Shown: piece by piece, positions 1-11,111 of the stretch
How positions within the stretch are numbered: the stretch's first letter is position 1
Layout of the letters: each line of letters opens with the position of its first letter
DNA from: Spirochaetota bacterium
Lineage (GTDB): Bacteria > Spirochaetota > UBA4802 > UBA5550
NCBI GenBank assembly: GCA_963664815.2
Contig: CAXXHB010000003.1
Span: 1 to 64,000, forward strand
DNA length: 64,000 nt
Reading direction: 5' to 3'
Translations under genes and position numbers: made by a program
Notes under the pieces: generated by a model
What the model was told of the DNA's origin: nothing
Seen by the model: the letters and a program-made list of their open reading frames with translations, nothing else
Database searches by the model: none

Positions 1-297
1 CTTATATTATATGAAGTATATTTTGTTATTTTCAGGTAAAGTCAATTCAAAAAAATGAAGGGAATTTAAGATTTTAATCTGGTGTAATATTGAATGCTTT
101 TTCTTCAAAGGTATTAAAGCGGGTGATGAACAGGCCTGGGCGGGTTAATTGATCAGAAAGAAATGAGATGTAGATTATTTAATGATTGATTTTGGCTGAA
201 AAAAAGTGTATAATTCCTTGACAAAATATATGAAATGGTATTTTTTTAAATTCTTGCTTTAAAAACGTTTTATAATTCTGGAAAATCAGGGTATTTT

Positions 298-1023
298 ATG
301 CGTATTATAAAGTTTATATATTTGATTTTATTTATTATGTTTTCAGCAGCTCTTCATGCAGGAGAGACTTCAGGTTTTGATATTGAGAAAGTTGTGGAAT
401 ATAAAGGTTTTAAGGGTGAATGGGTTTTAAATGATGATCCTCAGAAACTTGAAATTTTCATAAAGACATATGGTACCGGATTAAAGGATGTAATTGATCT
501 TAACGGACGTAATTATAAAAAAGAGAAAACTGTTTTCATCCCATTTTCTGAAGTTTATATTGAATATCTGAAATCGAAAGAAAATGCCCCCTCTGCTAAT
601 TCAGAAAATGATTTTATCTGGCCTATAGAAAAGTTTGACAGGATAACCTCCACCTTTGGAAGGAGATGGAGTACTTTTCATGAGGGTATAGATATCCCTG
701 CAGCACGTGGAATTCCTATTTATGCGGCCTGCAATGGAAGGGTTGTTACATCAAGATTTCTGGATAACTATGGAAACTCGGTTTTAATTGAGCATAGAGA
801 TAATTTATTTACAAGATACTGTCACGCCTCTGAATTATTTGTAAAAGAGGGGGACATAGTAAAAAAAGGGCAATTGATAGCTAATGCAGGGAGTACAGGA
901 AATTCAACAGGTAATCATCTTCATTTTGAAGTAAGATACGGGGATTTCCCGCTTAATCCCCTGGATTTTTTACCATTTAATCCAAATGTAAAAAAAGCAC
1001 AATATATCAAAAAAACGGATTAA
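298..1023 (+). CDS. M23 family metallopeptidase (murein endopeptidase, NlpD/MepM-like), secreted
   Basis: N-terminal signal peptide; HEGIDI (HxxxD) and GNHLHFEVR (HxH) M23 motifs. Confidence 0.9.
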   Translation: MRIIKFIYLILFIMFSAALHAGETSGFDIEKVVEYKGFKGEWVLNDDPQKLEIFIKTYGTGLKDVIDLNGRNYKKEKTVFIPFSEVYIEYLKSKENAPSANSENDFIWPIEKFDRITSTFGRRWSTFHEGIDIPAARGIPIYAACNGRVVTSRFLDNYGNSVLIEHRDNLFTRYCHASELFVKEGDIVKKGQLIANAGSTGNSTGNHLHFEVRYGDFPLNPLDFLPFNPNVKKAQYIKKTD

Positions 1024-1089
1024 TATTTTATCATGTAATCAGTGCTGACGGTGAAGGTATTAATTTCTGATACTATAATATAATCCAGG

Positions 1090-1133
1090 CATAAATAAAA
1101 AACCTGCCCGTAAAGGCAGGTTTTTTATTTATG
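1090..1133. terminator. Bidirectional intrinsic terminator between convergent genes
   Basis: Perfect 19-bp inverted repeat CATAAATAAAAAACCTGCC / GGCAGGTTTTTTATTTATG with 6-nt loop and A/T tracts on both sides. Confidence 0.9.
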
Positions 1134-1148
1134 TAAATTATTTTTGTC

Positions 1149-2078
1149 TTACTTTGTATCTTTTGAATCTTTTAGAATTTTTTCAGTTTCAGAATCCATT
1201 TTTATTAAATTATCCATAAGAGTTGGTATCTCTTTATCAAGCTGATCAAACTGCTTATTGATTATTTTCTCTTCTTCAGGAGTCCCCTCATATGCCTCTT
1301 TCGTAAGTGAACCAATCATGGTTTTGATATTTTCCTGTTTGTTCTTCAGAATAAACAGAATGTTAGGGCCGGAGTTTGATCCCCAATTGAATCCATCAGG
1401 AAGATCGACATAAAATGTTTCTGTTATCCCGTCACCATCCGCATCTTCTGCATAATAGACCTGCCCATCTTTTGTTTTAGCAGATACATATGTAGAGTAC
1501 TTAATTGGACCATCATCTCTTATCCGTTTAGGAATTGGAGTCCTGTTCATTTTGAAATCAGAGTCTTTTCTGTTTATCATAAGACCTCTGAATATATTAA
1601 CATGTTTCTGAATAAATGAATCTCTCATTTTTGCATAGAAGTCTGAATATCTCTGGCCCAGGTTTTCATTTTTTTCCGCGACAATGAATTTTTTAAGAAT
1701 CTCTGTCCTTCTGTCAGTAATTACAAGATAATCTGGCTTACCATCAATTGCCCTTGCCCACATATCATTTAAAACAAGACGGTTTTCCATCTCTCTTATC
1801 AGGCGGTTCTGTTCAACAACCTTCGGATCGTCATATCCGTCTTTGAAGAGGTACATATTTTTATCTTTAATTATTAAAAGAGATGCCGTGGAAGTATCCT
1901 GTTTCTGATGCACCTCGGGATCAATTACTTCCTCAACCTGCTGATATGCCATTCTATCTTCATTATATCTGGATACTCCTTCCAATGTTATCTCCAGATA
2001 TGGAAAATCCTTTGAGTAACCTGTTGCTACCATAACAAGAAGCAGGTAAAGCACTAATGCAGATTTCCTTTTATACAT
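1149..2078 (-). CDS. Hypothetical secreted protein
   Basis: 309-aa ORF with signal peptide, GGAGG RBS and a DADGDG Ca-binding-like loop; no family recognised. Confidence 0.75.
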   Translation of the reverse strand: MYKRKSALVLYLLLVMVATGYSKDFPYLEITLEGVSRYNEDRMAYQQVEEVIDPEVHQKQDTSTASLLIIKDKNMYLFKDGYDDPKVVEQNRLIREMENRLVLNDMWARAIDGKPDYLVITDRRTEILKKFIVAEKNENLGQRYSDFYAKMRDSFIQKHVNIFRGLMINRKDSDFKMNRTPIPKRIRDDGPIKYSTYVSAKTKDGQVYYAEDADGDGITETFYVDLPDGFNWGSNSGPNILFILKNKQENIKTMIGSLTKEAYEGTPEEEKIINKQFDQLDKEIPTLMDNLIKMDSETEKILKDSKDTK

Positions 2079-2241
2079 TTACACCCTCCATGACGCTTAT
2101 GTCCTTGCTAAAAAACCTGAAGTAATATTGCCTGTGGTTTCTTAAGCAGTTACATGCATATTCATTATATATAATTTACAATAATTGCAGTAAAAATATA
2201 ATATTATAATTATTATTTTTCAGAACATTTTGTCAAATATT

Positions 2242-3495
2242 TTATGAATTCTCTTTTTTCCGTTCCTTTTTCCATTTAGCTTTATCCAGTTTAGTCCAGC
2301 TTTCAACAACATGTTTTGATAATTCTGATTCAAATTCATTCCTGGATTTCTCTTTTTTTCCTGTTTTTGACCGGGGTATATTTTTGTTCCTTGCTCTATA
2401 TTCTTCCAGTTCTTTTGCCGTTAATCCGGGCTCTGTTTCATAAATTTCTTTGATAATCGATGTTCTGTTTTTATCTTCTGAGATTATATCGATAATTGTA
2501 CTTATTTTTTTCTTATTAACAAAATTGTTTTTTAAATTCTCCGGGATATGTATACCGCAGCAGGCCGTTGTAATTGCTGCTGATAAAGCTGTGAGTGATG
2601 AAGATGCACCCCCCTCCTGTGCTGCAATATAAAAGATCTTTTCAGGAACAGAGCAATGGTCTGAAAGAATTACCGCCATAGGAAGAATTGTCTCAGGAAG
2701 GTTCACGTTACCTCTGATAATAGTACCTGTCTTTTTTTTATCTGCATGAGTACATATTATTTTTTCATAATCAGCAGGATCAGTATTATTATTCAGATCT
2801 TTGAAAAGATCAATCAGATAATCTGAATCTGATATAATATAATCGGGGTTATGTCCTGAGTCAAATATTATGTTCTGGTTATTTATAATTTCTGTTTTTG
2901 TTTTTTCGGCTGAACAGAGAGCTGTATTCAGAATCCCTTCATTATAATTTAAAATAAGGTCTTTTAACAGTTGCAGAAGAAATATAGAACAGGTGATTGT
3001 TATACTGCTTGTTGTGTAAAGGGATATATATCTGATGGTAGTAATGAGCAGTTCTTTCTCGTTTTTAATAAGAAGAAGCGGAATAACATGCGGTAGCAGT
3101 CTTGAACAGGGCAGTTTATAATGATGTAAGGAATTATCACCGTTTTTAACTCTGAAGTAAAAATTCTTCTCCGCTTCACCAGGATCTCTGAAAATGCCAT
3201 AATCTGTTCCGGGAACATCCGGAGAATCTTTAATATATTTCAGGTATTGGTCAAGGTTCAGAGATTTTTTATCGATGCAGGCTGCTGTGATCAGCATTTC
3301 CTGGCTTATGGAAGAATAAAGTCCCGGTTTTTTCCATCGCTGCATGTTGTCTTTCAGGGCCGGCGCAGGATCTGTATAACCGTTAATCTCTTTTAAAACA
3401 GCTTTAATGTGGTTTTTTTTCATTCCGTTCAGTGTGTAACCTGCAGCATCTCCGATAATGGCTGAAAAAACTATATCTGCAACGGTTTTATTCAT
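2242..3495 (-). CDS. ADP-ribosylglycohydrolase-fold protein, catalytic aspartates apparently lost
   Basis: N-terminal IIGDAAG motif typical of ARH/DraG; PGLYSSISQ where YS/TDDT is expected and GGASSS where GGDTDT is expected. Confidence 0.65.
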   Translation of the reverse strand: MNKTVADIVFSAIIGDAAGYTLNGMKKNHIKAVLKEINGYTDPAPALKDNMQRWKKPGLYSSISQEMLITAACIDKKSLNLDQYLKYIKDSPDVPGTDYGIFRDPGEAEKNFYFRVKNGDNSLHHYKLPCSRLLPHVIPLLLIKNEKELLITTIRYISLYTTSSITITCSIFLLQLLKDLILNYNEGILNTALCSAEKTKTEIINNQNIIFDSGHNPDYIISDSDYLIDLFKDLNNNTDPADYEKIICTHADKKKTGTIIRGNVNLPETILPMAVILSDHCSVPEKIFYIAAQEGGASSSLTALSAAITTACCGIHIPENLKNNFVNKKKISTIIDIISEDKNRTSIIKEIYETEPGLTAKELEEYRARNKNIPRSKTGKKEKSRNEFESELSKHVVESWTKLDKAKWKKERKKENS

Positions 3496-3744
3496 AAAAC
3501 TTGCCTTTTCTTTTTTGTTGTCTATATTTAGTTATAAACGGTAATGTCATGAATGGGCCGGAAAAGGTTTATTTCCCATATTTTCCCGGGTTAAATTATC
3601 TGAACAGATGACATACCAGTTTAAATGCATAGCATATAGTTGATAATGCAATAATTATATGTAAAGAAAATATAAGATAAATTTATTGATTTAATTGAAA
3701 TTTTTTTATTATAATCTTTCGATATGGTATATGTGAGGTAAAAA

Positions 3745-4842
3745 ATGAAAAAGTATATTGTTGCCATTTCAGTAGTAATGACTGGAGTTCTTATTGGTGG
3801 CTGTTCATTAAAAGAAGTGGATGAGTATGCCATGGTAACCTTCATGATTGGTGATGTAAAGAAAAACAGCGTTGAAGTACAGATGGGTGATATTATAAAG
3901 GAAAATGATATAATTGTTACTGCAGATAATTCTTTCTGCGATGTGAAGATAGGTGAATCGATTATCAGGATTAAATCGCTTACCAATGTAAAAATTTCCA
4001 CGCTCTTTAAAAAAGGGAATGTGGAAAATACAACTCTCGGTCTCGATTCGGGGAAAATGCTCTGTAAGCCTAAAAAGCTTTTAAAAGAAGAAAATTTTGT
4101 TGTTAAGACACCAACAGCAGTTGCCGGTGTCCGGGGAACGCAGTTCAGCATTGAAGCAGATAAAGAGCAGACAACAAGGATAAAAGTTTTTAAGGGGGAA
4201 GTGAAAGTTGCCAAGAGGGTAAAGCAGCTTGAGTCGAGCATGGAGAAAGTTTTAAACTTTGCCCCCTCTATTCAGAAGGAAGAGAAAGCTATAATCACGG
4301 CTGACGAAGTGAAGAAAGCTGAAAAGATAGTTGAAAAATCTCTTAAAAAGGAGACGGCAGGTGAAACTCCAACTGATGTGGTGATAGATAAGGTAATAAA
4401 TGATACAAAAAAAGATGTGGTTCTTAACAATGCTTCAATAGTAAAATTTGAAGCAAAGGATTTTACAAAGGAGAATAAGGAGATCATTGAAGTTGAGCAG
4501 AAGCCGAAAGAGGATATGGTAAAAATCACACATATAATAAAAGAGCAGAAAGAGAAACCTGTACCCCAGGGTAGGCTTCTTGTCACCAGGTATGATATAT
4601 ATTTCATCAAAGATGGAAAAATTATCTGGGATGGAACGGTAGTAAATGAAGCAGTAAAGACAGGGGATAAACTCTATATTGCGTCAGGGGAGTATGTATT
4701 CTGCGCGCTGAATGACGGGGAGGTAATCTGGAAGGCTGAAGTTGTAAATGATGGAAAGCTGGAGGTACAGGGGGAAGAGGTAAGAGTAATTTCTAAAGGG
4801 AAGACTGTTATACTCGATTCAGAAACGGGGAAAAAACTGTAA
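3745..4842 (+). CDS. FecR-domain lipoprotein (LipL45-like)
   Basis: Lipobox LIGGC; FecR motif VKTPTAVAGVRGTQF. Confidence 0.8.
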   Translation: MKKYIVAISVVMTGVLIGGCSLKEVDEYAMVTFMIGDVKKNSVEVQMGDIIKENDIIVTADNSFCDVKIGESIIRIKSLTNVKISTLFKKGNVENTTLGLDSGKMLCKPKKLLKEENFVVKTPTAVAGVRGTQFSIEADKEQTTRIKVFKGEVKVAKRVKQLESSMEKVLNFAPSIQKEEKAIITADEVKKAEKIVEKSLKKETAGETPTDVVIDKVINDTKKDVVLNNASIVKFEAKDFTKENKEIIEVEQKPKEDMVKITHIIKEQKEKPVPQGRLLVTRYDIYFIKDGKIIWDGTVVNEAVKTGDKLYIASGEYVFCALNDGEVIWKAEVVNDGKLEVQGEEVRVISKGKTVILDSETGKKL

Positions 4843-4882
4843 GTATGTATTAAGATTCCGGCATAAATATAAGATTGCTTTC

Positions 4883-4907
4883 AGCCCCGCAGGAATGCGG
4901 GGCTTTT
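4883..4907 (+). terminator. Intrinsic terminator
   Basis: AGCCCCGCA/TGCGGGGCT stem followed by T tract. Confidence 0.8.
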
Positions 4908-5176
4908 AATTTGAAAATTCCAAGAGAAGCTTCCTGCAAATCCTTTAAATTAATAAAAAAATGCTTGTACATATATGGTGTTTTTATGGTTCAGTAAAAA
5001 AGTTAAAATTTATGAAAGATATTCGGTAATTATACTTAAAAAAGGCATTTATACACAGATTCTGTATTTTTCCTCTTAAAACCTCCGGGATATGAAAGAT
5101 GATATTAAGTAGTACTGGTACAGGCCATATTTAGTTATAATAACTGATAAATTATATTTATTTCAGGAAACGGGTA

Positions 5177-6988
5177 ATGAAAAAAATCAAGAATATTGCA
5201 ATAATCGCTCATGTTGACCATGGCAAAACAACTCTTGTTGACGGCATGCTGCGTCAGTCGGGAATTTTCAGAAGCAACCAGCATATTGAAGAGAGGGTTA
5301 TGGATTCCAACGATCTTGAAAAGGAGAGGGGAATTACAATTTTTTCCAAGAATGCATCAATCCATTATAAAGATTTTAAAATAAACATTGTTGATACTCC
5401 TGGACATGCTGATTTTGGCGGTGAAGTTCAGAGAATTATGAAGATGGTCGATTGCGTCCTTCTTATAGTTGACGCGTTTGAAGGGCCTATGCCGCAGACC
5501 AAGTATGTTTTAAAAAAATCTCTTGAGATTGGATTAAGCCCGATTGTTGTAATAAACAAAATAGACAGGCCAAACAGCAGACCTCACGAGGTTCTTGATA
5601 TGATATTTGACCTTTTTGTGGAGCTCAACGCAACAAATGAGCAGCTCGATTTTCCGGTTATTTATGCGTCGGCCAAGCAGGGGATAGCGAAGTATGAGGT
5701 TGATGATCTGAATGAGGACCTGAAGCCGTTATTTGAAACCATAATAAAAAATGTCAAAGAACCTGAGGGGGAGATTGATCTGCCTCTTCAGTTCCTGGTA
5801 TCTGCAATAGATTATGATAACTACCTTGGACGAATCGGTACAGGTAAAATTCACAACGGGCAGATTACTGCAGGGGACATCATTACGCTGATGAAAAGGG
5901 ATGGAGAAAATATACAATCCAAGGTTTCAAAAATATTTGTATATGAAGGGTTAAAGCGGACAGAAATAAAGAAAGCTTACGCCGGGGATATTATATCAGT
6001 TGCCGGAATTGAAGGTATAGATGTTGGAGTAACACTTGCTGATAAGGACTTCCCTGTGGCGCTTAAGGCTATAGATATTGATGAACCGACTCTTGCAATG
6101 ACATTCATGCAGAACGATTCACCGTTTATGGGGCAGGAGGGGAAATATGTAACTTCAAGGCACTTATGGGAGAGGCTCCAGCGTGAAGTGCAGTCTAATG
6201 TTAGTATTGCCGTGGAAAGATCCGAATCCGGGGACGAGTTTGTTGTCAAGGGGCGGGGAGAGCTTCAGATGTCAATACTGATTGAGAACATGAGACGTGA
6301 AGGATATGAATTCCAGGTTTCAAAGCCTGAGGTTATTTTTAAAGAAAAGAACGGGAAAAAGACCGAACCGATAGAGCTTGCCGTTGTTGATGTTGCTGAT
6401 GAATTTGTCGGTGTTGTAATTGAAAAGATGGGTGTCCGTAAGGGTGAAATGATAAATATGAAGCAGGGGGATGACGGCTATACCAGAATAGAATTCAAGG
6501 TTCCCTCCAGAGGGCTTATCGGTTTCAGGGGACAGTTTCTGACAGATACCCGCGGTACCGGAGTACTGAATCAGAGCTTTTATGAATATGATTTTTACAA
6601 GGGAACTATCCCCGGGAGAGGTAAGGGAGTACTTCTTGCCATGGAACCTGGTTCCTCTGTACCTTTTGCCCTTGATAATCTTCAGGAAAGAGGGGAATTG
6701 TTTATTCCCTCGGGTGTAAACGTTTACGAGGGGATGATTGTCGGAGAGAACAGCCGGGAAGGGGACATGATTGTTAACGTCTGTAAAAAGAAGGCGTTAA
6801 CCAATATGCGGGCTTCAGGATCTGACGATGCTGTAAGGCTTATCCCTCACAGGGAGTTCAGTCTGGAGCAGGCCCTTGAATATATTGCAGATGATGAACT
6901 ACTTGAAATTACACCTCTTTCCGTCAGGATGAGGAAGAAGATCCTCCGGGAGCTTGACAGAAAAAGAACCAGCAGAAGATCGGAATAG
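5177..6988 (+). CDS. typA: Translational GTPase TypA/BipA
   Basis: [22 protein letters not shown] motifs; C-terminal [11 protein letters not shown] and [18 protein letters not shown] signatures. Confidence 0.97.
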   Translation: MKKIKNIAIIAHVDHGKTTLVDGMLRQSGIFRSNQHIEERVMDSNDLEKERGITIFSKNASIHYKDFKINIVDTPGHADFGGEVQRIMKMVDCVLLIVDAFEGPMPQTKYVLKKSLEIGLSPIVVINKIDRPNSRPHEVLDMIFDLFVELNATNEQLDFPVIYASAKQGIAKYEVDDLNEDLKPLFETIIKNVKEPEGEIDLPLQFLVSAIDYDNYLGRIGTGKIHNGQITAGDIITLMKRDGENIQSKVSKIFVYEGLKRTEIKKAYAGDIISVAGIEGIDVGVTLADKDFPVALKAIDIDEPTLAMTFMQNDSPFMGQEGKYVTSRHLWERLQREVQSNVSIAVERSESGDEFVVKGRGELQMSILIENMRREGYEFQVSKPEVIFKEKNGKKTEPIELAVVDVADEFVGVVIEKMGVRKGEMINMKQGDDGYTRIEFKVPSRGLIGFRGQFLTDTRGTGVLNQSFYEYDFYKGTIPGRGKGVLLAMEPGSSVPFALDNLQERGELFIPSGVNVYEGMIVGENSREGDMIVNVCKKKALTNMRASGSDDAVRLIPHREFSLEQALEYIADDELLEITPLSVRMRKKILRELDRKRTSRRSE

Positions 6989-7016
6989 AATATATTAGAA
7001 TATAATAGAATATAGT

Positions 7017-7068
7017 AAAAAAGGGAATGTGCAGAATTCCGTCAGGAATTGCTGTTCATTCCTTTTTT
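7017..7068 (+). terminator. Probable terminator after typA
   Basis: Long imperfect hairpin GGAATG...AATTCC/GGAATT...CATTCC followed by T6. Confidence 0.65.
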
Positions 7069-7283
7069 CTCCACGCAAGATAAACCGCAAAGATCAGAAA
7101 CATAAATATTACTACAGACATCGAAACTGAAAACATAAAGCCCCCCTGATCCAATGTTAATTCCTTAACATATATTTTAGCATGTAACAAAATACAATAA
7201 ATTTAATCATTTATTGTATATAATGATTTGATCAGAAAGAATAACAGGGCATTTGTTTTTTAAAAAGCCGGAAGAGGTTAATA

Positions 7284-9479
7284 ATGAACGATTCTGATAA
7301 TACTGAAAAACGTTTCACCTTCGGCATTGAGGGTATGACCTGTGCCTCCTGCGTCAGGATTGTTGAAAGGTCTTTAAAAAAGATGGATGGGGTTCACTTC
7401 GTATCAATAAACCTGGGAACAGAAAAGGGATATGTTATCACTGATCCGGATATAACATTTGAAGATATAAAGGAGCGGATAGACAGTACCGGGTATAAAG
7501 GAGTTCAGAATGTACCCGATGCCGAAAAAGTGGAGAAGGATTTCAAATCCGCGAAATTGAGAATGATCGTCTCACTGGTTATTATGATCCCATTGACAGC
7601 AGCCATGATTTTTCACATGAGCGGATTTCATCTCCCATGGTTTGCAGCTGTTGAGTTTGCTGCCGGTGCAGTTGTTCTTTTCTGGCCCGGCAGATATATA
7701 TTTAAAGGCGCATACATTGCCGCGTCACATGCACATGCAAACATGGATACACTGGTTGCAACTGGTGCGCTAGCCTCATGGGTTACCTCTTTGCTTTTTC
7801 TGCTTGGAGTAGATATAAATTCTTTCGGTTCTCTTTCTGTGATGCTTGTATCAATTCATCTGACGGGGAGATATATTGAGTCACGGCTGAAATACAGCGC
7901 CTCGGGGGAGATAAGGGCACTCCTGGCAATGAGGCCTAAAGAGGCTTCAATTCTTATCAATGATGAAATAGTGAAGGCGCCGGCAGAGAGTATACCCATA
8001 GGCGCAATGATGATAGTCAGATCGGGGGAGAGCATAGCCCTCGACGGGGTGATAACTGACGGGAATGGTTTTGTTGATGAATCCATGATTACCGGTGAGG
8101 CTGACAGGGTTTTCCGGAAAAGCGGGGATGAAGTTACAGGCGGTACTGTTCTTGAACAGGGATATCTGAAGGTTGAAGTACTCCGCGCGGGTGATGATAC
8201 CTTTATGTCAAGAATGATAAAACTAGTTGAAGACGCACAGTCCTCATCAGTTCCGATTCAGGCATTTGCTGACAGAATCACAGGTGTATTTGTACCGGCA
8301 ATATTTATCATCGCAGTTATTTCCGCATTTATCTGGGGTTTTAATTATGATTTTATGAGGGGGATTCTTCTGAATCTTTCAACTTACATCCCCTGGGTCA
8401 ATCCGGACGCCGGGGCGTTATCCACGGCTGTATTTATATTTATCGCCGTTCTTGTTATTGCCTGTCCATGCGCCCTTGGCCTTGCAACGCCGATGGCTCT
8501 TATCGCCGGAAGCGGCCTTGCTGCCAAAAACGGGCTGCTGATAAAAAACGGGGAGGCAATTCAGAAAGCGGGAAAAATAGAGGTTGTATTTTTTGACAAA
8601 ACAGGTACTATCACTGAAGGTAAACCTGCAATGAACGGAACATCTCTTGATGATGAGTCTCTCGGCGTGGTTCTGGCTCTTGAAAATGTTTCAATACACC
8701 CCATTGCTGAGTCGGTTAAGAAGTACTGCTCGGGGAAAAATATCTCTCCGGACAGCAGCGTCACTGAAATTGAAGAGAAAGCGGGAACTGGAATCTTCGG
8801 CATTATTAACGGAGAGCCTGTAAGCGTTGAAAGACCGGCAGATACTGAAAAGTATTCATCTCTGATGAATGCAGGGGAGACCATTGTTGAATATAAACGG
8901 AACGGTGCTGTACAGGGCTATATCTCGGTGTCAGATCCTGTGAAGGACGATTCGGCTGCTGCTGTAGCTTTAATAAAAAGTCTGGGAATAGTTCCTGTTA
9001 TGCTGACAGGAGACAGTGAGCGTACGGCTAAAGCGGTTGCGGCTAAAACAGGTATTGACCGGGTTATAAGCGGAGTAAGGCCTGAGCAGAAGCTCTATGC
9101 CGTACAGGAAGAGCAGAAGAGGGGAGCAATGGTCTGCATGGTCGGCGACGGAATAAACGATGCAGCTGCCCTTAAGGCTGCCGATATAGGTATTGCGCTT
9201 GGTACAGGGACTGATCTCTCCATAGAGAGCGCCGATATAATCATCACCGGCGGTAAGCTTTTATCGGTTCCATCGGCAATAAATATATCAAAAATTACCT
9301 TCAGGAAGATAAAACAGAATCTATTCTGGGCCTTCTTCTACAATATTGTGGCAATACCCGCTGCATTTCTTGGTGTACTACATCCGGCTATTGCAGAGCT
9401 TTGCATGATTTTCAGTTCTATTAATGTTATATTAAATTCGATAAGCATAAAAAATATCAAAACAGGAGAAAAACTATGA
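7284..9479 (+). CDS. copA: Cu(I)-translocating P1B-type ATPase
   Basis: GMTCASC metal-binding domain, CPC, DKTGT, HP, GDGIND and YN motifs. Confidence 0.95.
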   Translation: MNDSDNTEKRFTFGIEGMTCASCVRIVERSLKKMDGVHFVSINLGTEKGYVITDPDITFEDIKERIDSTGYKGVQNVPDAEKVEKDFKSAKLRMIVSLVIMIPLTAAMIFHMSGFHLPWFAAVEFAAGAVVLFWPGRYIFKGAYIAASHAHANMDTLVATGALASWVTSLLFLLGVDINSFGSLSVMLVSIHLTGRYIESRLKYSASGEIRALLAMRPKEASILINDEIVKAPAESIPIGAMMIVRSGESIALDGVITDGNGFVDESMITGEADRVFRKSGDEVTGGTVLEQGYLKVEVLRAGDDTFMSRMIKLVEDAQSSSVPIQAFADRITGVFVPAIFIIAVISAFIWGFNYDFMRGILLNLSTYIPWVNPDAGALSTAVFIFIAVLVIACPCALGLATPMALIAGSGLAAKNGLLIKNGEAIQKAGKIEVVFFDKTGTITEGKPAMNGTSLDDESLGVVLALENVSIHPIAESVKKYCSGKNISPDSSVTEIEEKAGTGIFGIINGEPVSVERPADTEKYSSLMNAGETIVEYKRNGAVQGYISVSDPVKDDSAAAVALIKSLGIVPVMLTGDSERTAKAVAAKTGIDRVISGVRPEQKLYAVQEEQKRGAMVCMVGDGINDAAALKAADIGIALGTGTDLSIESADIIITGGKLLSVPSAINISKITFRKIKQNLFWAFFYNIVAIPAAFLGVLHPAIAELCMIFSSINVILNSISIKNIKTGEKL

Positions 9480-9679
9480 ACCATACATTTAATGTACCGG
9501 GAATGTCCTGCAATCATTGTAAAATGAGAATAGAAAAAACAATGAGTGAATCGGGAAAAGTAAAAAGCGTTAACGTGGATCTCCAGACTAAAAAGGTTTC
9601 TCTTGAGTCTGAACTCCCTGAAGGTGACCTGATCAAGCTTTTCGACAAGGCGGGTTACGATGCTGAGGCGGCGAAGTAG
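9476..9679 (+). CDS. copZ: Copper chaperone (HMA domain)
   Basis: GMSCNHC motif, 67 aa, ATGA overlap with copA. Confidence 0.9.
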   Translation: MNHTFNVPGMSCNHCKMRIEKTMSESGKVKSVNVDLQTKKVSLESELPEGDLIKLFDKAGYDAEAAK

Positions 9680-9864
9680 CGCCGCCCGGCTTTTGTGCCG
9701 ATCTGCATTTCAAAAGTATTCATTCCATGAAGAGGAATACCTTTCCTATTAAAAAACCCCACCAGGATTTCCAGGGTGACGCAAAAGCCAGTCTGGAAAC
9801 AACTCTGATATATATTTAAACTGTCATTCCACGCTTACAGCTGAATATGTAAATATTCCGGATA

Positions 9865-10122
9865 GTGTACATTTTATCGGTTGATTTCAACGTACCTGCC
9901 GGCGCAGTACACCTTATGGTTATTCTGCAGGTGATATCGGGCGGCCTTGGCACACCGGAGATTACTGTAAGACCGGATGTATATACCGGGACAAAGCCTG
10001 TACAGATAACAGGTCTGACAGGCGGTTCAGAACTTTTTGTATACTGCATAAGGACGGACGCGCCCTATGCCGGAGCGGTAAAGGTTTCTGAATCGGCAGG
10101 CTTCAAGGTTACTGTTGCTTAA
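9865..10122 (+). CDS. Small ORF, possibly the 3' remnant of a beta-rich surface-protein gene
   Basis: Protein-like G/T/V-rich composition and a strong terminator downstream, but GTG start with no clear RBS. Confidence 0.35.
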   Translation: MYILSVDFNVPAGAVHLMVILQVISGGLGTPEITVRPDVYTGTKPVQITGLTGGSELFVYCIRTDAPYAGAVKVSESAGFKVTVA

Positions 10123-10196
10123 GGTTGTTTGACAATCCGGGTGAGCGCTCACCCGGCATTAAAAATTAAAGCGGAATATAGGAGAAGCGGATAAAG

Positions 10197-10235
10197 ATAA
10201 AAGCCCCGCCGGCGGCAAACCGGCGGGGCTTTTAT
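10197..10235. terminator. Bidirectional intrinsic terminator
   Basis: ATAAAAGCCCCGCCGG / CCGGCGGGGCTTTTAT inverted repeat. Confidence 0.85.
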
Positions 10236-10337
10236 TATGGAGATTGCAGATAATGTTATTAAAAAAATATTACCACAAGCCCTTGCCGGACGTATTAATC
10301 TTAAACAGCATGCGCTGTTAAAAAAGGGGGATTATAT

Positions 10338-10772
10338 ATGGCAAAAGTAGTTTTCAGTAAAGAAGTGGATGTTGAAGAATTGAGGAGGAGGGGGGTAAGG
10401 ATTTTTAAAAGGGGCGGAAACATATATCTCAATTCAGCGCCGTCAGAGACGTTTCTGAATATTAAAGGCCGGCCGGGTGGTACCGGTGAAGCGAGAGGGG
10501 ATAGGTATTATCTGCTCTGCCCTTATTGCGGTGAGTATTTAACGGTTATGGACCCGTTTTTATCAATGACCGAAAGGGATCTTATCTGCAGCAACAGAAG
10601 ATGCGAAAAGAGTGTAAGCCTTTATGAACTGTTTAATTTCAATAAAGATGTTATAGAAACGTTTATAAGGGATAAATACAAATCCACCAGGAAATTTCCT
10701 GTTATTGACCCTGAAGCTGAATTTAAAAAGCTGCTAAATGAGGTTGTTAAGAATAATGGGGATATAAACTGA
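10338..10772 (+). CDS. Hypothetical protein with putative zinc ribbon
   Basis: AGGGGG RBS; CPYC-x17-CSNRRC. Confidence 0.7.
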   Translation: MAKVVFSKEVDVEELRRRGVRIFKRGGNIYLNSAPSETFLNIKGRPGGTGEARGDRYYLLCPYCGEYLTVMDPFLSMTERDLICSNRRCEKSVSLYELFNFNKDVIETFIRDKYKSTRKFPVIDPEAEFKKLLNEVVKNNGDIN

Positions 10773-11111
10773 AGTTTATCTTTTTGAAATGTTTTAAATA
10801 AAGCCTGCTTTTTACCTGCACGTTTATAACTATCAACAGCTGTTATTTTTCTGTCATCTATCTTATGACCGGAGGGAGGATATATCCTCCACCGGTTATG
10901 GCCGGGTTAAGGTATTTTTTAGACACAATAAGTTTTATGTGCAGCGTTATGCTGTGATTTAAGTCTGATTGGACGGTTTTTTTGGGGGAGACAGGTTTTA
11001 GTATTTGACAATGGGGTTTTTATTTGTATAGGGTTATGTGTAATTATAATGTTTAAATACCGGTGAACCGGGTATCCCGGTATACAGATTCAGGGCAGGA
11101 TTTTTAGCTAC

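Noticed and set aside
6986-7014. Tandem TAGAATATA x3 after typA
   Set aside because: Short AT-rich slippage repeat with no evident function.
9750-9810. c-di-GMP-I riboswitch (GACGCAAAAGCC)
   Set aside because: The GGCAAA 5' strand, the GAAA tetraloop stem and the second hairpin are missing.
10137-10156. lac operator or vector contamination
   Set aside because: Only the 12-bp core matches; the flanks are CCGG, not AATT, and no other vector sequence is present.
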